Positions 11,812 through 22,882 of a stretch of DNA of 64,000 bases are shown here, in pieces (position 1 is the stretch's first letter; each line of letters begins with the position of its first letter). The stretch is from positions 95,170,001 through 95,234,000 of the forward strand of contig NC_083282.1 in assembly GCF_963506605.1 (NCBI RefSeq), given 5' to 3'. The DNA comes from Zootoca vivipara. Taxonomy: Eukaryota. The position numbers and the translations under genes were made by a program. Under the pieces are notes generated by a model, which saw nothing but the letters and a program-made list of their open reading frames with translations, searched no databases and was not told where the DNA came from.

Positions 11812-11989
11812 TACTTTATACTTCCAACAAAATATTAAAATACAATAATTCATCAAATATTAAAAGCTTCCCTAAACAAGGCAGGGAGTGGGAGACTAGA
11901 TGGCCCCTGGGGGTCCCTTCCGGGTTCCAATTCCAGAGAAGCAAATAAAAGTATCCCCCTGGAGGTGAGGGGGTGGGTCTAGGTGGGGA

Positions 11990-12500
11990 GGCACTCTGCC
12001 CAAGCTCAGGAGCGCCCTGTATCCCCCCCTCCCTCCCCCTGGACGCTGTTGCCAAGGCGACGCCGCTCCGCTTCCGGGTTCCGGCGCCTGGCGATGACGT
12101 GTTGCCGGGCGCCTCTCCTTCCCGCGAGCTTCTCCCTGGAGGATGGGGGCCGCCCGGGAGACCGAGCAGCAGCCGCCGCCGCCGGAGCCCGAGCGGGGCG
12201 ACGAGGAGGACGAGGAAGACGAAGAGGCGGCGGCGGCGGCGGGGCAGGAGGAGGCCGAGGAGGAGGCCTGGCCCGGGGGGTCTGGCGCCGCGGTGAGGGG
12301 CTGCGGAAGGGGAGGCCGGGGGGGGAGAGAAGGGGAGGGGGGCCCATTCCCGGGTGTCCGGGGGGGGAGAGAGAGACCCCCCCGACTGAGGCGCCTCTCG
12401 TCCCCCAGAGCCCCTGGAACATCATGATCAAGCACCGGCTGGTGCAGCGGAGGGGACGGAGGTCGCAGGTGATGACCAGGTGAGCGGGAGGAAGGGGGGA
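11990..12500 (+). promoter_or_regulatory. CpG-island promoter of DNTTIP1
   Basis: High CpG density; CTTCCGG ETS-like sites and TGACGT just upstream of ATG 12143. Confidence 0.7.
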
Positions 12501-15500
12501 GGGGAGAGAAAAGGGGGGTGGAGGGGAGAAACTTCCCCCCCACAAAGACACACACACACACACAGTGCCGGATTTGCCCCACTCTCTGCGCCCCCCAAAA
12601 AAACTGGATGTACATTTCCAAAATATAAGATAAAAAGGAAATATAATAAAACCTACCTACAGCAACAGTGTTGTGTAGGCTCCTATGATGTAAGTCAGGC
12701 CTAGGCAAACTCGGCCCTCCAGATGTTTTGGGACTACAATTCCCATCATCCCTGACCACTGGTCCTGTTAGCTAGGGATGATGGGAGTTGTATGCCAAAA
12801 ACACCTGGAGGGCCGAGTTTGCCTAGGCCTGATGTAAGTAATAGCCTTCTAGCCTGCTCCCTAAAATATCACATATTTTGTTATGTGCAAATGGCTTGAG
12901 ATACCTGTTAGGTCCATAAATGACCATATAGCATCTATTCAACACAAAAACAGCGACAATTTGTTGTTGACAAAGGACAGCTGGACATAGAAAGGGCCCC
13001 ATTACCTTCAGGAGCTTAGAGCCTCATCAAACCTAAATCCGGCCCTAGACACACCCCACATGCGACAGCGGCAGGAGAAGCCCTGACCAAGCCGGTCTCT
13101 CCCCCGGCACCTGCCCTTCGCTACCAGCTCCATCCCCCCTGGGCCGAGGATGCTGATCACCTGGCGGAAGAAGGGAGAACAAGAGAAGGACCTCACACAC
13201 ACACACCACTGCAAGTAACCAAAGGCAAGCCTCCAGGCTCTGGTCTTGCCAACAAAAATGAACAAGCAAATTAGGAACCTGTCCACATGACACAAAAACT
13301 CTGCACGTGCGCTATGCAAAAGAAGGAAAGGTCATTATCCTGCCCTCCCCTCCTTTGCTTTGCCCAAGGTGCTGCACTTCCTGCAGGACAGATTAACAAT
13401 GAAGCTGCAGGTGGGAAGGTTTGGAACAGGTAAAGCAAAGTCCTTCTTCACATGACACAGTGTTGAACTGCAGAATTCACTCCTGCAGAAGGGAAGAGAT
13501 GGCTGCCAAACCAGATGGCTTCACATAATTACTATTATGAATTATTATTGAGATTTGTATGTCACCCTTCATCCAGAGATCTCAGGGAGGTTCACTGCAT
13601 GTAAATGCAAGATGAAAACACAAAATACATAATAAAAAGAAGAACAAAACAATAAACCACCTGCTTGGGACTGATTAACGGAGGAGAGTCTATCAAGGGC
13701 TCCTAGCCAGGATGGCTCTGCTCTGCCTCTGTGGTCAGAGGCAGCAACACTTATGAATACCAGTTGCAGGAAACCACAGGAGGGGAGAGTTGCTCTTGTG
13801 CTCAGATCCTGCATGAGGGACCCCTCTAATAGGTACCTGTTTGGCCCCTGTGAAAACAGGATGCTGGACTGGATGGGCCATTGGCCTGATCCAGCAGGTT
13901 CTGCTTACGTTCTGCTGCAGAGCCCAGGGCTGGCCTGTGCCAGGGGTGTGCAGGTGTTTGCTGGCTGCATCCAGCCATCTCTCGGTCCAGTTTCACAGAC
14001 CCCGTGGTTTCCATGGACCTGCTCCGAGCCGTCCTGCAGCCCAGCATCAACGAAGAGATCCAGGCTGTCTTCAGCAAATACATGAAGGTAAGAACAGCGG
14101 AAAGGCCCATGCTGGACCTGCCAGCCTTGTGAGGTGGTGCAGGAGTCCTGCCCACATTCAGCCTCAGGGTGCCTGGAGAGAGGGAGGGATAAACCCTGCC
14201 AGCTACGAGGGCTGCACCTCCCACTCAGCCCATTGGCGCTTCTGTGGAGGCAGCAGTAAGAGGGAGCTGCTGGGCCACCTCGCAGTATGCGGAGTCGGGT
14301 GAAGCTTGGGAAGAGAGGGAAGGGAAGGGGTGGGTGGCACTTTGAGGGGCAGCTAATTTGGTCTGTGCCATCCCTCTTGTTCCCAAGTTCTTCCAAAAGG
14401 CAGCGGGGAACGTGCGAGAGAATGTCGGGGAGGATGTGGACACGGAGCAGCTCATCCAAGAGACGTGCCGGAGTTGCCTGGAACAGGTGGGTGCCTGAGG
14501 GTGTTCCTAGTTTCAGGAATGAGTGCCCCGGGGGGGGGGGAGGTCCTCCTCCGGGAGCAGAAAGCAACACCAGCAGGTCTCAGGATATCCCAGGATGAAG
14601 CCACCTCTGCCTAGCAGGATGCTGAAGAGGGAATGAGACATGTCGTCACTGCTGATGATGACTTCTGGCCGCAGGCAGTGATGCTTCCGAATCGCACTTC
14701 CTGGAAGGCCCAGGAGGGGAGAGTCCTGCCTACTCTTCCCTGATCCAGCAGGGGACCTTCTTCCATTCTTTTGTGCCAGACGCACCTCTGTGGGGTAGGA
14801 ATTCCACAGCATTTCGAGGTTGCTGATTCCCCACATGCTGCTGTTGTTAAAACTAGGGTCCTGATGTCCTTGTGTTTTGCTGGCAGAGGGCCGAGTGGGG
14901 TGTGTTGCATTTCCCCCCCCCCCCTAGTCTTTTTATTTATTTATTCTTTCTTTCTTTTCAGGTTTATACATTGCACTAAATTTACAATCATTTTCACATT
15001 TCAAAACTTGACTTCCTTCCCCTTCTTAATGCGGTTCCTTAAATTTATTTTTAATATCTTTTACATATCCAAATTAACTTAATTTACTCATTTATTCATC
15101 TACTTTAAATATAACCTGCAGGTTATAAAACTGCAGGTTATCACAACAATCCTGCAAGTGTTCTAATCTGTTTACCATTTATCTATAAATATTCAATAAA
15201 CCATTTCCATTCTTTTATAAAAAGTTTGTTATCTTGATTTCTTATTCTTCCGGTAAGTTTCACCATTTCTGCATATAAGTTTTTTTATCCATTCTTCCTT
15301 TGCTGGGACATCTGCTCCTTTCCATTTTGCGGCGAGTAACATTCTTGCCGCTGTAGTCACACACATGAATAAGTTTCTACAGTATACAGTTTTGGTAGTT
15401 CTGCCCCTATAATTTCTAAAAGACAAGCTTCCCGGTTTTTTTACAAACGTTATTTTAAACATCCTTTCCAATTCATTATATATCATTTCCCAGTAAGCTT

Positions 15501-16943
15501 TAACCTTACTACAAGACCACCACATATGATAAAAAGAACCTTCTTTCTCTTTACATTTCCAACATTTATTTGATTTAGATTTACACATTTTTCGCCAATT
15601 TACTCGGTGTTAGACACCATAGATATATATGTTTTTCATATAATTTGCTCTTAGACTATAACATGCTATAAATTTTATATCCATTTCCCACAATCGTTCC
15701 CATGCTTCCACATCTATATTATGACCAAGTTTTGCATTGCCCCACCAAACCATCTGCTGCTTTCCAGTGGGCACCCTAAGAAGCCTTGAAGCGGCTACAA
15801 TTGGCAGTTGGCATATAATTCCTAGGATCTTAAGGGTTCCAGGGGGTGCCAAGCACAGACTGGGTGCCTTGGCCCCCCCTGCTGCACGCCTGACCCTTTC
15901 CTCTCCCTGCAGGCCAAGCTCCTCTTCTGCGACAGCAAGAAGTCGGCTGCCAGGCTGCCCCACGAAGTGCCAGCGATGAAGGTAGAAGCCCTTTTCGCTC
16001 TCCTGCAAGGGACCGGGCTGGTGCTTTCTCTCCCGTGCCAGGGCTTGGGACCTTTGGGTGCCTCTGAGCAGCCATCGGCTATCAGCCCTGTGCCTCCTCC
16101 TGCGGAGGACTTGGGGAGCAGGAATGCTGGCCCAGGAGCATCAGAGTGGGGAGAGGTGAATGCTTCCCCCTTTTCCAACTGAGCCTCTCTTCTCCCTGAC
16201 CAGCGTGCCAAGCCAATGGAGGAGGAGATGAGCCAGCAGGGAAGCCCCATCCCCAGAAAGGTAGGAGACCCATGGAAGCCGTTAGAGAAGCAGAAGCAGC
16301 GGGGGGGGGGTCACTCTGGAGCTCAACTCCAGTCCCTTCAAGATAGGCCGGGGCTGAGGGTCACCAGGCAGAGGGCCTTCTCGGTGGTGGCGCCTGCCCT
16401 GTGAAATGCCTTCCCATCCAATGTCAAGGAAATAAACAACTATCTGGCTTTTGGAAAACATCTATGTTTAGCCTGGAGAAGAGAAGGTTAAGGGGTGATA
16501 TGATAGCCATGTTCAAATATATGAAAGGATGTCATATGGAGGAGGGAGAAAGGTTGTTTTCTGCTGCTCCAGAGAAGCGGACATGGAGCAATGGATTCAA
16601 ACTACAAGAAAGAAGATTCCACCTAAACATTAGGAAGAACTTCCTGACAGTAAGAGCTGTTCGGCAGTGGAATTTGCTGCCAAGGAGTGTGGTGGAGTCT
16701 CCTTCTTTGGAGGTCTTTAAGCAGAGGCTTGACAGGCATATGTCAAGAATGCTTTGATGGTGTTTCCTGCTTGGCAGGGGGTTGGACTGGATGGCCCTTG
16801 TGGCCCTTGTGGTCTCTTCCAACTCTATGATTCTATCTGAAGGCAGCCCTGTTTTGGGAAGCTTTTAATGTCTGGTGTTTTATCGCATTATCATCATCAT
16901 CATTAATTCTGTTGGGAGCTGCCCAGAGTGTGGGGTATAAATA

Positions 16944-16981
<38 letters not shown>

Positions 16982-19900
16982 CCCCTCCCTGTGCTTTGCT
17001 GCTTCTGTTGTTGTGGGCTGGGGGGAGGTCTGCTCCAAGTGGGGCCAACGCTTGCACCACCAGGAGGAGCAGCTGTTGGCCAAGAGATACTGTAATAAAA
17101 GGTGTCCTTTTTCAGAGGAAAGGGCGGCCTCCAGGACAGAGCCAGGCAAACGACCGAGCGACTTCAGTCGGGAGCACGTAAGTGTGGCATCCAGCTAGGC
17201 TGAAGGGGTATATCTAGGCTGCAACCTCCATTCCCCCCCCCCCCACACACACAGTGCTTTGGAGAGCCCCTGCTGAGACGAAGGCAGGAGTCGGTTCAGC
17301 AGCAGAGAGAGCAAAGCGGCCAGGCCTTCAAAGGAAGCTGCCTTATGCTGAATCAGGCCATTGGTCCAGCTAGCTCAGTATTGCCAACACTGACTGGCAG
17401 CAGCTCTCAGAAGGCAGGAGGTCTCTCCCAGCCGTACCTGGAGCTGCTGGGGGCTGATCCAGAGAACCTTCAACTTGCAAGGCAGATGCTCTGTCACTGA
17501 GCTGCATCCCTTCCCCAAACGTGATTGAGCCAGGAAGGGGAGGGAACAGGCCTTCCCAAATGAGGGACACCGGAGAGACTAGGCCATCAGCCCTGCAATT
17601 GATCCCGTTGGGCTTTGGGCAGGGCTGAGTCTTCTCAAAGCAAGAGCGTCCAGCCCTTTCAGATCCACCTTTTGCCGCATGTTTCTCACCTCCGATACCT
17701 TCTCTCCTTTCAGGTGGAAAACCAAGTCCTGCGAACCAGTGCAGAGAGATGGTCCCAAGGTAGGATGTGCCCTACAGCCCCCAGCCCCTTGCTATGCGGA
17801 GCCTCCCTGGGGAAAAGGGGGGAGGTGGGGGGGAGCTCTTCTGCTAGATCCAGTTCTACTGAATACCAGCTGTCAGGGACCGGGGGGAGGGGGGACACAG
17901 AGGCAAACGGCAGGGGAGGGCTGCTGTGTGGCCCTTTGGCAGGGCATGTTTAACAATCTTGCTCGCACTCAGGACCTGTGCTGAGTGCCCATTACCACTA
18001 AGACTTGGCCAGGGTAAGACAGAGTCAGCAGCCAAACCTGAAGTGGGGGTGTAGTGGGGGGAGGCAGGAGCTATCTAACTTTCTCTCCTTTTCCTCCTGC
18101 TGCTGAATTGCAGTGGAATCCCTCGCGGATCACAGAGGCCACTACCTTCGTCCTTGGGTCAAGGGCCAACAAGTAAGCTTTTGCCAGGCAGGTGGGCACA
18201 GGACAGGGCTGGGTGGAAAACCAGGTGGATTTTTGCACACACACCCCTTGGGGACAAGCAGAGTACTGAGCTGTTAACCACAGACTGGTCAGTGCTTCTT
18301 TGAGGTGGGGGCTGAGGTGGCTTTAGGCCAGGGGTGTCCATTTTTCCCCCAAAGAGGGCCAGATTTTAATGAAGTGAACATGCGTGAGGGCCGACCAAAG
18401 TTGTGGAGCTATTTTTAGGATTTTACCCCAGGAGATAAACTGCCACAGGCGCCGGGATAAACCGGATTAGACCCCTGAAACGGACTTTAGACTGGCCTGC
18501 TTTAGGCATATGGCTGGGAGGCAAGGATGGGGTGCAATTTACCAGGTTCGGAATTCTAACCCACCCCCCTTTGTTCCTGATTCAGAGCCCTCGGGATGGG
18601 GGGAACCAGAGGCAGGCTCTACATCAAGCACCCCCACCTGTTCAAGGTCAGTCATTCGAACCCTCTTGACTCTGCCCCTCGCCATCCTCTGCCCTTGGAC
18701 CACAGAGGAAGTGAGCTGGTGGCATTGTCAGAAAACACACCTGTCCGATTTTGACAGGCCTCACCTAGACGTGGTTTCCCTTCCCTGCCTATTACTGCCT
18801 TCTGGCTCCTGAGTATTTGTGTTTTGTGCACAGAGTTTTGAGTGATTGCAGTAGAACTCAGTGGTCTTCCCTGAGTGTGTACATGTGTGTACACGGACCA
18901 TTGACCTTGGTGTTTCATTTCCACACACACACACACACACACAACTCAGACCTCCTTTTCCACCTCTGAGCAGCAGAGAAGTCTTAGGATGTGAGGAGAC
19001 GCTTGCACAGCAGACCCTGAGGGTGGTGGCACAACATCTCTCCGTTTTTCATAGAATCACAAAATGGTAGAGTTGGAAGGGACCCCAAGGGTCATCTAGC
19101 CCAGGCACCCCCAAACTGCAGCCCTCCAGATGTTTTGGCCTACAACTCCCATGATTCCTAGCTAACAGGACCAGTGGTCGGGGAAGATGGGAATTGTAGC
19201 CCAAAACATCTGGATGGCCGAAGTGTGGGAGTGCCTGATCTAGCCCAACCCCCTGCAATGCCACAATTGTCAATATCCTCCTTAAATTGTGGTACCCAGA
19301 ACGGAACACGCTTTTCATTTAGGGGGTCTCTCACAGCCCAGCCTGCATTGCTTCATTGCAGTATGCATCACCCGCATCCTCTTGACTTCCGTCTCTCTTC
19401 CAGTATGCAGCTGATCCTCAAGACAAGCACTGGCTGGCCGAACAGCAGCACATGAGAGCCACAGGGGGCAAAATGGTGAGCGTCCCAAAGCCTGAAGAAA
19501 GCAGAACTGAATGCACTTTGAACGGCACAACAGATTTAGTGGCGTTTATGAGATCTTCTGCCATCTAGGGCCTCTGCTGCTTCCTTTATGCAGTTTTCCT
19601 AGAATTCCTAGAGCCAGAAGGGAACCCAAGGATCATCCAGCCCAACCCCAGCTGCAATGCAGCAACCACAGCCAATGCATCCCTGACAGAAGACTGCCCA
19701 ACCTCTGCTTCTAAAACCTCTGATGAGGGAGAGCCCACCACCTTCTGGGGGAGTCCGTTCCACTGTTGAACTGCTCTTGGCTTCAGACAGTTCTTCCAAA
19801 TGTTTAGCTGGCACCTCCCTTCTTGTCTTTTGAATCCACCGGTTCGGATCCTCCCCTCTGGAGCAGCAGAAAGCAAGCTTGTTTTGCAAGCACCTGAGAG

Positions 19901-20438
19901 CTGTGTGGTGGGCCTGTCTGGCTGGGCTGGGCTAGCTTCTCCTTTGCAGGGGGAGTTGGGGGTTGCAAACTGCAGCCTTGCCGTAGCTAGCAACTCCTCG
20001 GTCTCTCTCTCTCTCTCCTTCCCAAGGCATATCTCCTCCTGGAAGAAGACATCCAGGATCTGGCTGTGAGCGATGATTACCGGTGAGTTAGAGCAGGCCC
20101 TGCTTGGGGTGCGGATTCTGCCCCTGTGCATGGAGCCAGCACCCCAAGTCTCAGAGGACCTACACAGTCTCAAGTGCCTGGTGTTTGGGGGGCAGGTAGG
20201 CAGGCCGGCCAGAGTCCTAAGCTGGCTTTCCTGTCCCATTGTGGCCTAAGAGCTGCCCTCTCTTCACGGGGTCGTCTTCTCTCCTCCTTCCTCCCACAGT
20301 TCTTCCATGGATCTGAAGATGGACGAACTGAAGCCCTTCACTCCTCCGCCGTGGATGACCGCCAAGATGCGGAGGTTCATGGAGACCCTTCGCAGTGAAG
20401 GGGAGCCGCAGCCGCTGGAGGGGACTCAGGACACATAG
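12143..20438 (+). CDS. DNTTIP1: Deoxynucleotidyltransferase terminal-interacting protein 1 (MiDAC subunit), 13 coding exons
   Basis: Exons 12143-12292, 12409-12479, 13991-14087, 14388-14486, 15913-15981, 16204-16260, 17116-17177, 17714-17759, 18114-18172, 18586-18646, 19404-19475, 20027-20082, 20300-20438; all GT-AG and in phase. Peptides PWNIMIKHR, MDLLRAVLQPSINEEIQ, RKGRPP (AT-hook), FVLGSRANKALGMGGTRGRLYIKHP, KYAADPQDKHWLAEQ. AATAAA at 20640-20645. Confidence 0.96.
12696..12831. mobile_element. Palindromic hAT MITE (136 bp)
   Basis: CAGG...CCTG ends, near-complete hairpin, 8-bp TSD ATGTAAGT (12688-12695, 12832-12839). Confidence 0.9.
14925..15731 (-). mobile_element. 5'-truncated L1-clade LINE
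   Basis: ORF2 C-terminus CWKCKEKEGSFYHMWWSC; A-rich tail at the left end. Confidence 0.85.
16345..16976 (+). mobile_element. L2-type 3' fragment interrupted by a young CR1 3' end (16464-16835)
   Basis: RAFSVVAPALW motif and (ATT)n tail. The inserted CR1 encodes [19 protein letters not shown]...[13 protein letters not shown]. Confidence 0.8.
18329..18499. mobile_element. hAT MITE
   Basis: CAGGGG...CCTG termini with 8-bp TSD CTTTAGGC (18321-18328, 18500-18507). Confidence 0.8.
19102..19237. mobile_element. Palindromic hAT MITE (same family as 12696)
   Basis: 8-bp TSD ATCTAGCC; inserted in a CR1 tail. Confidence 0.88.
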
Positions 20439-21416
20439 GGCCTCATGCTTCCTCCTCGAGCCGCCTGGCAGTGATGTGCTTGCGATGCCCACTGTGCTTC
20501 CTGAGGGCAGGCGAGAGAAGCCGCCGGGCCCAGCCTGGTCACCCGTGGGCAGTGATGCAGCACAGGATCCTTCCCAGGGGCTCACCTGCTTCCCGTTTCT
20601 GTACTTTAATCTTCTTCTTGCTCTTAGGAATAGTTTGGAAATAAACACGTCCGCCTGACCCCACTGTGTCTCTCTTGAAAGGCAGGGAGGGTGCAAGGGA
20701 AAGGGCTGTTCCGGAACCAAATGTGCAGCAGGCTGGTGGATCCACAGGTCCATGGGGTGGAGCTCCGGGAGGGGAAAAGCAGCCGAAGCTGCTCCCTTCT
20801 CCTCTCTCCCGCTGAGCACGAGCTTTGCAAATTCCCTTGTGGGTGGACACAGGAAGGAAGCAGGCAGGGGGAATCTGATGAGTAATAATAATACTTATTA
20901 CTATTTATTATTTCATAAAATTTTATACAGCGCTTGCTTGTAAAAACCTCAAAGCAGTTTGCAAAAATTATAAGGCAATAAAATTAACAATAATTTAAGG
21001 CTTTCCAAAAAGTTAATATAGCACTAGACTGAAAACAGATTAAGACTGGCAATTAACTAAGCACCTGGACACATCTGGACAGGCATGTCTAAAGAAAAAT
21101 GTTTTTAGCAGGTGCTGAATACAGTGAAGACTCCTGCCTGGTGTCAATAGGCAGGGAGTTCCAAAGTGAAGTGGCTGCCACCCTGAAAAGACTTGAGTCC
21201 TTACAAATGCAGAAAAGGGGTCTTAATGTGCACCTGTAACACAGCCACTTCCGCCAATCAAGGGGGGGGGGACGGGCGATGACACACCCTATTCTCAAGG
21301 CTTACTGTGTAAAGCAGAAGTTACAGGTAGGTAGCCGTGTTGGTCTGAGTAGTCGAAACAAAAAAATTTTAAAAATTCCTTCCAGTAGCACCTTAGAGAC
21401 CAGCTAAGTTTGTCAT

Positions 21417-21774
21417 CCCAGGGACCCAGGTGGCGCTATGGTTAAACCACTGAGCCTAGGGCTTGCTGATCAGAAGGTCGGCGGTTCGAATCCCTGTGAC
21501 GGGGTGAGCTCCCGTTGCTCGGTCCCAGCTCCTGCCAACCTAGCAGTTCAAAAGCACCTCAAAGTGCAAGTAGATAAATAGGTATCGCTCTGGCGGGAAG
21601 GTAAACAGCGTTTCCATGCGCTGCTCTGGTTCACCAGAAGCAGCTTAGTCATGCTGGCCACATGACCTGGAAGCTATACGCCGGCTCCCTTGGCCAATAA
21701 TGCGAGATGAGCGTGCAACCCCAGAGTCGGTCATGACTGGACCTAATGGTCAGGGGTCCCTTTACCTTTACCTT
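21417..21774 (+). mobile_element. Sauria SINE (Squam1)
   Basis: GGGACCCAGGTGGCGCT head, B box GGTTCGAATCC, (TTTACC)n tail, TSD TAAGTTTGTCAT (21405-21416, 21775-21786). Confidence 0.9.
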
Positions 21775-21788
21775 TAAGTTTGTCATAT

Positions 21789-21826
21789 GTATGAGCTTTC
21801 GTGTGCATGCACACTTCTTCAGATAC
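21789..21826 (-). ncRNA. Minimal type I hammerhead ribozyme (second intact copy)
   Basis: Exact reverse complement of 4479-4516. Confidence 0.85.
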
Positions 21827-22539
21827 ACTGAAACAGAAGTCCCCAGACCCTTATGTATAGTCAGAAGGTGGGGTTGGGGAACCTGTGTCCTGCTGGGCTA
21901 AACTCCCATCAGCCCTAAGCATTGGCCCTGCTGGCTGTGGGTGATGGGACCTGGAGTCGAAGGACACCCGGAAGAAAGAAAAAGAAGCCATGAAAACGGA
22001 CGGCGGGAAGGAGAAGCTGTGCTTGAAGGCGTGGAAAGCAGAGTTTGGGTTTCAGGGAACACAGAAGCAGGAAAGAGGAAAGTTATTGGTGGAGAGAGGA
22101 GGAGCCAAAGAAAAGAAAAGGGAGGAGAGTAGAAAGGTGAGTGGAACTGGCTGGAGAGAAGAAGAGAAGGCAGGGAGTTAGGGGGGGGGATACTGGAGCA
22201 GCCAAGTTGCCTTGGGAGGAATGTGACAGGCCTGTCCATTCTGCCCCCCCCCCCCATCATCTCACCGGAGCACCTCATCCTTTTCCTCTAAATCTAAACC
22301 AAAAAGTCCCAAATGCTGCAATGTTTCCTCATCAAGGAGTTGCTCCATCCCCTTGATCGTTTCGCTTGCCCTTTCCCAGCTCTCTCAAATCCTTTCGGGA
22401 GGTGAAGCAACGAGAATTGCGCACAAGGTTTTAAAAAATAAACCAGTACAGTGCACCCCTGCGAGGTAGGCCAGTGCAAGTCTTGAATAAGGGCGGATCG
22501 CACGCCATGCATTTAAAACACATCACTTCCACGCGCACA

Positions 22540-22882
22540 CATCCGAACTACAGTTCCCGAGAGCCTTTGGGGGAAGGGCACGGAGTCCTGGGCGGGCGAG
22601 GCTCTTTCCATTTATGTTCGCGGCCCCTTTAAGAAATCCTCCCCCGGCTTCCTTTCTTTCTGAGTCGGCCAATGGGCGGCCTCCCCCGCCGAGCCCCTCG
22701 GCCAATCCCGCCGCGCCCGCCGCCCGTTTCCAGGACGCCCCCCACGGCGCGCGCGCTCTCATTGGGCGAATCGAACGCGAGCGCGGCGCTGATTGGCCGC
22801 GCCGGCGGAGCTTTGCAACATTCAAACTTCGGCCGCTGACGAGCGAGAGGGCGCAGCGCAGGCGACGACCGCTCAACCCGAC
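22540..22882 (+). promoter_or_regulatory. UBE2C G2/M-type promoter
   Basis: ACTACAGTTCCC (ZNF143-type, 22547-22558); CCAAT at 22669 and 22702; ATTGG at 22761 and 22792; reverse CHR TTCAAA at 22821-22826; CpG island. Confidence 0.8.

Larger units (their letters stand above)
21319..21878 (-). mobile_element. Short Penelope 3'-UTR copy with intact hammerhead, interrupted by a Sauria SINE
   Basis: Reverse complement matches ~4425-4609; split at a 12-bp TSD. Confidence 0.85.

Noticed and set aside
11051-11948. PolyL/polyC/polyQ/polyN ORFs
   Set aside because: Translations of the (CAA)n microsatellite, an RTE remnant and the N gap.
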